From contig NC_087437.1 of the NCBI RefSeq assembly GCF_036321535.1, forward strand, positions 109,246,001 to 109,310,000: 64,000 nucleotides of DNA, given 5' to 3'. Within the stretch, counting starts at the first letter, position 1. Each line of letters opens with the position of its first letter. A program made the position numbers and the translations under genes. Origin of the DNA: Camelus dromedarius (Eukaryota). Positions 57,198-64,000 of the stretch are shown one piece after another. Under the pieces are notes generated by a model, which worked only from the letters and a program-made list of their open reading frames with translations, was not told the DNA's origin and ran no database searches.

Positions 57198-57390
57198 GCG
57201 AATATAAAATAGTTAAACAACAAGTTTCTTCTGTATAGCACAGAGAACTATATTCCATATCTTGTAGTAACTCATAATGAAAAAGAATATGAAAATGAAT
57301 ATATGTATGTATATGTAAAACTAAAACATTATGCTGTAAACCAGAAAAAACTGACACATTGTAAACTTGTTCTATTTCAATTAAAAAAAA
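57198..57390 (+). mobile_element. 5'-truncated L1 3' end
   Basis: L1 3' UTR-like sequence with an A tail; TSD aaaaagaagctctt (57184-57197) / aaaaatatgctctt (57387-57400), 12/14. Confidence 0.82.
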
Positions 57391-57717
57391 ATATGCTCTT
57401 AAAAGATATGCATCAGGTACTTACAGGTATAACAATAGATGGTGTTCTCACCACTGCACACCTTCCACACAGTCACCACCCAAAGCAGTTACCCTGGGGC
57501 AATGGCCTTAGAAACACTCTTGGACAGGCATGTTGCCAAAAGCTGCTTGCAAAGGGGTCACACTCCACTTACTAAGATGGGCTGTTGATTTCCATTTAAT
57601 GTAAACTCACTGAGCATCGGGGATAAAGAATCATCTTACATCTGCCATCAGTATTTTGTTTAGCGTTAAAAAAAATTACATATTGGCAAAGACTTGGAGT
57701 GTGGCATCAGAGTCACA

Positions 57718-58059
57718 TACAGTTGGTCCTGTATCCTCAGATTTAACCAACTGCAGATCAAAAATATTTGAAAAACTTCCAGAAAGTTCCAAAAAGAAAA
57801 GTTGAGTGTGTCATGTAATGGCAACTACTTACATAGCATCTTGTATTTACAATGCAACTACAGAGCATCATGCATTTATAATGATTTGCATAGCATTTAC
57901 TTTGTATTAGGTATTTTAGGTGATCTAGAGATGATTTAAAGTATACAGGTCACATGCAGATACTATACCATTTTCGACAAGGGAATTGAGTATCCATGGA
58001 TTTCGGTATCCACAAGGGTTCCTGAACTAATGCCTCATCGATACCGAGGGACTGTTGTA
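57718..58059. mobile_element. Tigger/MER2-family (Tigger3-like) DNA transposon
   Basis: TA-flanked, 'tacagttgg...' to '...gataccgagggactgttgta'; internal 'ctagagatgatttaaagtatac'. Confidence 0.78.
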
Positions 58060-60160
58060 TTTTCTCCTATATCCTTCATGTGCTTCAAGCCAAAGTACCT
58101 TCAGGGGACCCTTTGGGGCTGGTACTGTATAACCCACTGTTTGAGAATTTGCAGTGGCTTATATGTTTTAGAGTATGTTTATTCAAAATCTATTTCTTTA
58201 TTGCTTCATGATCATTTGCATATCCATTCCTTTTCATTGTACTATGGCATTTGGCTTGATTCCACATATATTCAGTAACCTCTCAGTTCCAGTTTATCAT
58301 TTACTCTGTCTGAAAGGCTTGAGGTAACTTAGTAATCCAGTTTCATCTTTATTGCTCCTTCTTCCAAGAAGTCCTAAACCTCAAAGACTGTGTGAAGAAT
58401 TCTTTCTAAGTTTCCCGACTGTGTTCTGTAATTTTCCCTATGAAAGTATGCGTTGGATTGGATTCATTGCCTGTCTGCCTCTCCCAAGTTACTATTGATT
58501 CATTGATGGCAGGGTATTAGTGCTTCCTAAAACTTATATTCAGTGTTCTTACTCTGCCACTTGTGAGTCTGTCAGTTAAATATATTGAATGGAATTTTTT
58601 TTAATGGAGGCAGTTTTGTTATAACAGAAGCAGCATGGATTTTGGCATCACAGAACCCCAGAGCCAAATGCTTTCTGCACGTTACCTGCTGAACAAATTG
58701 ATGAAACCAACTGAATTCTGTTTTCCTCATTTGCCAAGTGGGAATATAAAAGTCTACTTCGCAGGGATGCTGTGAGGATGAGAGCTAAAGTATTCTTCAT
58801 ATCAGAGCACCAAAGGATGACCAGAGATGGTCATGGCTCTCTTCACCCCTCAGAGCTTTCCATTAAGTGCAGGGATGGAATTCAATCTCTGTCCCTAAGG
58901 GAAGATGTGCTATCTAATAAAGTAAATCTTATAAAGACATGCCTGACTGAAGTATGTAGAAAGCATGTGATGTTAAGAACTTATTTACCAATTAATGTAG
59001 GATGTGTCCACCTGCAAACACGCTAGCTTAGATGCAGATAAGGGCCCCAACTACGTTGAGCAAGTCAACAGGTAAAAGCAAGCATCAGCTCGGTAGTTTT
59101 CAAGTGTTGAATGTTAACTGAAGTGTAGCAGGCATTTCTGTTCTGAATGGATTTTTTTCTTACATCAAATCACTAGGAGATCTCATGCAAGGGTTACAGC
59201 AGTTTTAATGGGACGAGGGCATCACATGTGAAGGCAAGAATAAAATTGGAATTGAAACCCAATCAAGAAATTTGTTGAAAGAGATGACTTGCTTCTATCA
59301 CCAACCTTCTTTAAACTCCCTTGAAATAGAGTACATGCCCCAGCCTTTGAGGTCAAGCACTGTGTCAGACTTGCTCCAGAGAAATCATCACCTATTTTCA
59401 TTCTTTTGGGGACCCTCTAGTATTCTCTGAACTTAAATCTTACTTGTGCTTTACTCTGAGGCCAGAGGGTTGCCTTCAGTTTGCTTTGGATCAGAAAAAG
59501 CTTTAAAACAGGAACCTCACAGCATGATCCAGGCCATGGACTGTGGCCAGAAATTGTCAGTGTTCTTGGGAAAGACACTGAAGTCAAGAAAAAACCAGGG
59601 GTTTACCTCTTTCTTTAGTCTAAGCATGTTACTTAAATGTTAAGAAAGCAAATCATTGAAAATCTTAGTACTTCCTCTTGCCTCCGCATGACTACAGGCT
59701 TTGGATATACTGATAAATCCAATTATGAGTTGATTTAGCCAACAGCATACTTTCCTAAATTATGAAAAGCAGAAAACCAGCTTTTAAATTGAGAGAGGAC
59801 AAACTTCTAGTCTTGAAATGGCCACAAATAGAGAGACACAGGATGAATAAAAAGTTACTTCTGAATCAAGATCAAGCTTTGTTTAGATACACTAAAAGAA
59901 ATCAGGGGTGATCTATGGAAATTGTTAAGAAATTTTAGTTTCTGCTAAAGAACAGTCAAGTGTGACACTTGACAGAAATCCTGTCCTGTAATTAGAAACT
60001 ATTTACAAATACAACTTTTTAAGGATTAAGTATGAGGTGGTAGGGCAGTGAAGAGGATCTAAAATCTACTACTGCTTGTTTCAGTCCAAATTTTAAATGT
60101 AGAGGGCACATAGGACCCAGCCCTGTCCATCAGAGAGCCCAAGACCCAGCCAGGCACACC

Positions 60161-60353
60161 AAAACAATGAACAAACGGCAATAAACACATACCTATCAAT
60201 AATTACTTTAAATGTAAATGGACTAAATACTCCAATCAAAAGACATAGAGTGGCTGAACAAATACAAAAATGAGATCCATGTACATGCTACCTAAAAAAG
60301 ACTTACTTCAAATTTAAAGACACACAATTATATCTCAACAAAACTGGAAGGAA
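60161..60353 (+). mobile_element. L1 fragment: ORF2 endonuclease start fused to an L1 3' terminus
   Basis: Encodes ...YLSIITLNVNGLNTPIKRHRVAE..., then 'caattatatctcaacaaaactgg'. Confidence 0.75.
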
Positions 60354-60496
60354 AGAAGACATATCTTATGGAAAAACAAAAGGAAAAAAATGTAGATGGA
60401 GCAAATTATGTATCTATATAATCCCAAACTAAAGAACCAAATACACTAATTTCTTAATTCGTAGGTATATGGAGACTTCTTGCTATAAATTTCAGG

Positions 60497-60603
60497 TAGG
60501 GTCAGTCTCAGTGTGCTCAGGATCTTCTGGCTTTTAAAAGAGAAAGTCTCATGTCCAAGGGACACCTTCAGTTTTAAGCAAACCAGGACAGCTGGTCACC
60601 CTA
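60497..60603. mobile_element. MER94-like hAT MITE
   Basis: Terminal inverted repeats TAGGGT...ACCCTA and 'gcaaaccaggacagctggtcacccta'. Confidence 0.65.
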
Positions 60604-61199
60604 ATTACAGGACAATTTCAATATCAAAATTTTTCCCCTGTAAGTTGCCTCAGGGTCTCAGTCAAGGCATACTCATTTTCTTTTCTTTTTTTTTTTTTTG
60701 AACATTGCAAAATGTCCTTCATTTACATAACTCAACTGAGAAAGTTCTTTCTGAGTCGTGTGTTTCAGTATATTTGATTTTTCAAAGTTTTATCAGGGTA
60801 ATATGACAATTGAAAATTGTATATATTTAAGGTGTACAATTTAATAATTTGATAGACATATTTATAAGGTGTCCTAGTTTCTGAATCAAAATTTTGTCTC
60901 CACAAATACAGCTGCAACACTGTGCACTTGACAGATTCATAACATCATAGTGTTAGAGACCTCAAGGATGGTCAAACTTCTAAAATTTGTGGAGAAATCA
61001 AATGTATGTAAATCAAATTCAATTTGAGATGGTCTAAGAATACTTTCTGTTCCAAGAATCCTATGGTAAACCTCTCACTGTTCTTTCATTTGGTTTTGAA
61101 AAAACTGTCAACTTGGTCTTGTTTAACCTGTCTACGTTGGAGTGCATAATTTAGAATAAAATCTACATGATTGAAATCAGTCTTTCTCTTCCTACCTGT

Positions 61200-61570
61200 G
61201 GCAGTTGTGACTGGTGTCCCACCCAATCCCCCTGGTGCCTTGCTACAGGGAATGCTGTTTGCCCTGGGTCTATAGGAACCTACTAGCTTGGAAATGGGTG
61301 GGTATGTCCCAAACTCATAGGAAAGTGGTGACCTATAGCCAATGAAAGAGTAATAATGGCTTGTGTTAGACTCCAAGGGGGCTCATGCATGCTGGGTGAA
61401 GTCTGTTCCAAAAGCCCCCTGGTGGGATAAGGCTGAAGCTAGATTCCTCCTAGTTTTTTTCTCTGTCCTACCCACCTTCCCTTACTCCTTTACTTGTGTC
61501 TCCTGAGTACACGCTTTCAATACAAGAATTCCCTTCTTGCACTGTGCTTCCAGGGGACCCGAACTTTACT
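61200..61570 (+). mobile_element. LTR16-like ERVL LTR relic
   Basis: 'ggtgggataaggctgaagctaga...cccttactcctttac...tgcttccaggggacccgaact'; boundaries approximate. Confidence 0.55.
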
Positions 61571-63645
61571 GTAACATAAATCTATCCATAATTTACTAAA
61601 CTTTTATTTAAAACTGGAGAGTTTGCTACTAGTTAGTTGATCATTCATATTAATAGTGATGGTATCTTCAAGATAACATGAAAAATTTCCATTAGGTCAT
61701 AAAGGGTTAGGAAGATGGGAATTAGCATATTGACTGCCGGTTAGTTTGTATCATCTCCTTTAATCATGACCAAGACCCTGCAAGGCAGGCATTTCTATCT
61801 CCTTTGTTATCCATAGGAAATCGAGTCTCAGCAAGGTCAAGAGAGAATCATTGGTTAATGGGGAATCCAAGTTTAATTTAGGTTGTCTCATTTTAAAGAC
61901 CGTTCTTGTTTGTTTTTGTTTTTCTACTCTTCTTTCTTTACTTCTCCCTCTTTTTATCTTCAATTGTTCAATTTATAATGTCACTCTAAAACTGATTAAA
62001 ATATATTTATTTCACTAATATCTTGTAATCTCATCAATAGTCAAAGTAAAATTTATTGAACTTGAGTATTTCATAAGCTGTGATTAATTTAAAAATTCAT
62101 CTCTGAAATAATAAAAATAGAACAAATAAAAAGCATTTGCATAATTTAGTTGATAAGTTTGACCCTATGTAATCATCAATATATTATGCACAAAAATCTG
62201 AAATGTTAATTCTATCAAGCTAAACATATGTGGAATAACTGCCTAATGCTCAGGTAACATTCCACAGGGAGAGTTTCATTTATTGTCTTTATTTTCAAAA
62301 TGTTTTGTTGGCAAATCTTGTCGATAAACTGAGAGCTGCGAGGGTAACTGCAATTCTTGGCTAGGTGTGTTGCTTTGTGTAAAGATGTTCTATTTCCATT
62401 TGTAATAATAGCAAGATGAAAAGAAAATGTGTAATTTGTTGAATGGGGCAAACTTAGTCAAGGATCAAGATCAGGTCAACAATTTGTCACATTTACTAAT
62501 CTTCATTATTTCTTTAAAAATAAATCCCTTGCAATTATTCAAATTGCCTCAAAATATTTGACAGTGACCACACTCATCACCTATATTGATTCCAAAAAAA
62601 GTATTTATTTTTCAGTTCCTTGCCTCAGAGGAATTTTAATCACAAATCACAAATACTGTCACTCCCTGATTAGATTCTATTATTTTTGGTCATAAATCAT
62701 AACTGGATTATATGAGTAAGTCTAGATTATTTGGTATTCAGGTGAGGTTGTTATCAACCTGTCTGACTTTGGTTCAGAATATTTACTTTAAATAGGTGTA
62801 GGATATTTAGAATGGATTGAAAAAAAAGAGTTTCCCTTAAAAGGCATTGCCTTTCTTATTTATCATGTCACATAAACTTTAAAGCTGTATTTACCACAGA
62901 ATCAATGAAAGGAAGGGATGAGTAAAAAGGCCTCTAACATTTATACCAAAAAGGTCAGCTTCACTTATGAGTGTCAAAACCTGGCTTTCCCAGCAAGTCT
63001 TAGGATCATCCATTTACATAAAAGCCAACAATGAACATTTTCACCCTTTTTTCTTGAATGTTCCTTCATAGGCTGCACACAAAGGGAGTCAGTGTTCACA
63101 TATTATTGTCCAGTGATAATTAGCTTGACATTGAAATCACTGGCTTGTTATTTCAATAACATCTTCAGCTAAAGCCCTGGTCATGGGCTGGACTTGCTGC
63201 TTGGCCGGGATGGGACTGGGAGGGAACGGTGGAAGGATGTTGAGCAGGGCCTGCCTTCCTCCCCTGCAGCACCCACTCCTTCCCTCATGTCCCCAACTCT
63301 CCTGCTATTCTGAAAATTAGGGGAAAAGAAAGGCTGGATCCAGGCCTTTCTTCTTTCCTTCCTGCTACTTCCTCTTCCTCAGCATGAGTCCACGGTGGCT
63401 CCACAGTGCTCTGTTCAATCTTCACTGAGAGCTGACATCTGGAGGGCAAGACGCTGATGTTGGCTTTGTCCACTCATATCTTGCTTAGTCTCTTCCCTAT
63501 TGTGAACATCGATGAAAGTTTGCTTCTGAATAATGGTGTGATGTAAAAAGCCTAAACATACCCAGCGTCATTGGTTAATGATGAATTATATGAAACACAG
63601 GGAATAGAGGATGGGGAACATAATACAACTTCATCTTGATATCTC

Positions 63646-63724
63646 TTATTATTATTGTTATTATTTCTTACATTCCTCATATAAATGATGTCATATGGCA
63701 TTTTTCTTTCTCTTTGTGGCTCAC
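63646..63724 (-). mobile_element. 79-bp L1 ORF2-end micro-insertion with perfect 15-bp TSD
   Basis: TSD TCATCTTGATATCTC at 63631-63645 and 63725-63739. Confidence 0.8.
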
Positions 63725-64000
63725 TCATCTTGATATCTCAAATGCAATCTTTCTCAAGTTGGCATCAGAATTCTCAAAGTCTCTGGAGGTTGAATGTGGG
63801 AAGTAATTGTGGGTTTTTTTGGTAATTTCCTTGGGTGATTCTTGGTGTACATTACATTCTGAGGATCTCTAGCCTACAGAATTGCCTAGAATCATGGGCA
63901 CGCATAGAAGGCCCTTCGTGACCTGGCCTCTGCTCCTCACCTACTATTGACCTCCTACTTTGATTCATTCACAGCCACCAACCAGCCTCCAAGTATGGAA

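Noticed and set aside
39093..64000. Search for the next upstream GRIK1 exon or a nested gene
   Set aside because: No GRIK1-like peptide with splice sites found by eye; the region reads as one large intron with transposon relics.

Overview
Mammalian genomic DNA (AT-rich, rich in LINE, MIR, MaLR and DNA-transposon relics; no Alu, Bov-tA, PRE1 or Can-SINE seen; young L1 3' ends look camelid-like, which is a tentative recall-based call). The whole window lies inside the kainate receptor gene GRIK1 (GluK1/GluR5) on the minus strand. Nine coding exons with GT-AG boundaries can be read directly: 38985-39092, the 45-nt cassette 36632-36676, 31488-31601, 29477-29680, 28569-28792, 22118-22236, 17808-18025, 5243-5468 and 11-261. 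They total 1509 nt, 503 codons in one open frame, from the end of the ATD through S1, M1-M3, S2 and M4. The 5' and C-terminal exons are outside the window. Main observations: (1) a ~90-nt intronic inverted repeat (20645-20734) able to pair with the Q/R editing site and its splice donor, the candidate ECS, with an adjacent tight duplex carrying two A-C mismatches; (2) the Q/R codon is CAA rather than CAG; (3) a nested retroelement cluster at 39.5-44.1 kb with an ORF2-less L1 and two apparent 3' transductions; (4) a ~113-bp local duplication, a hairpin next to an acceptor, and candidate antisense exons. I found no evidence of a wholly new gene system. Most other ORFs in the track are intronic noise or transposon remnants.
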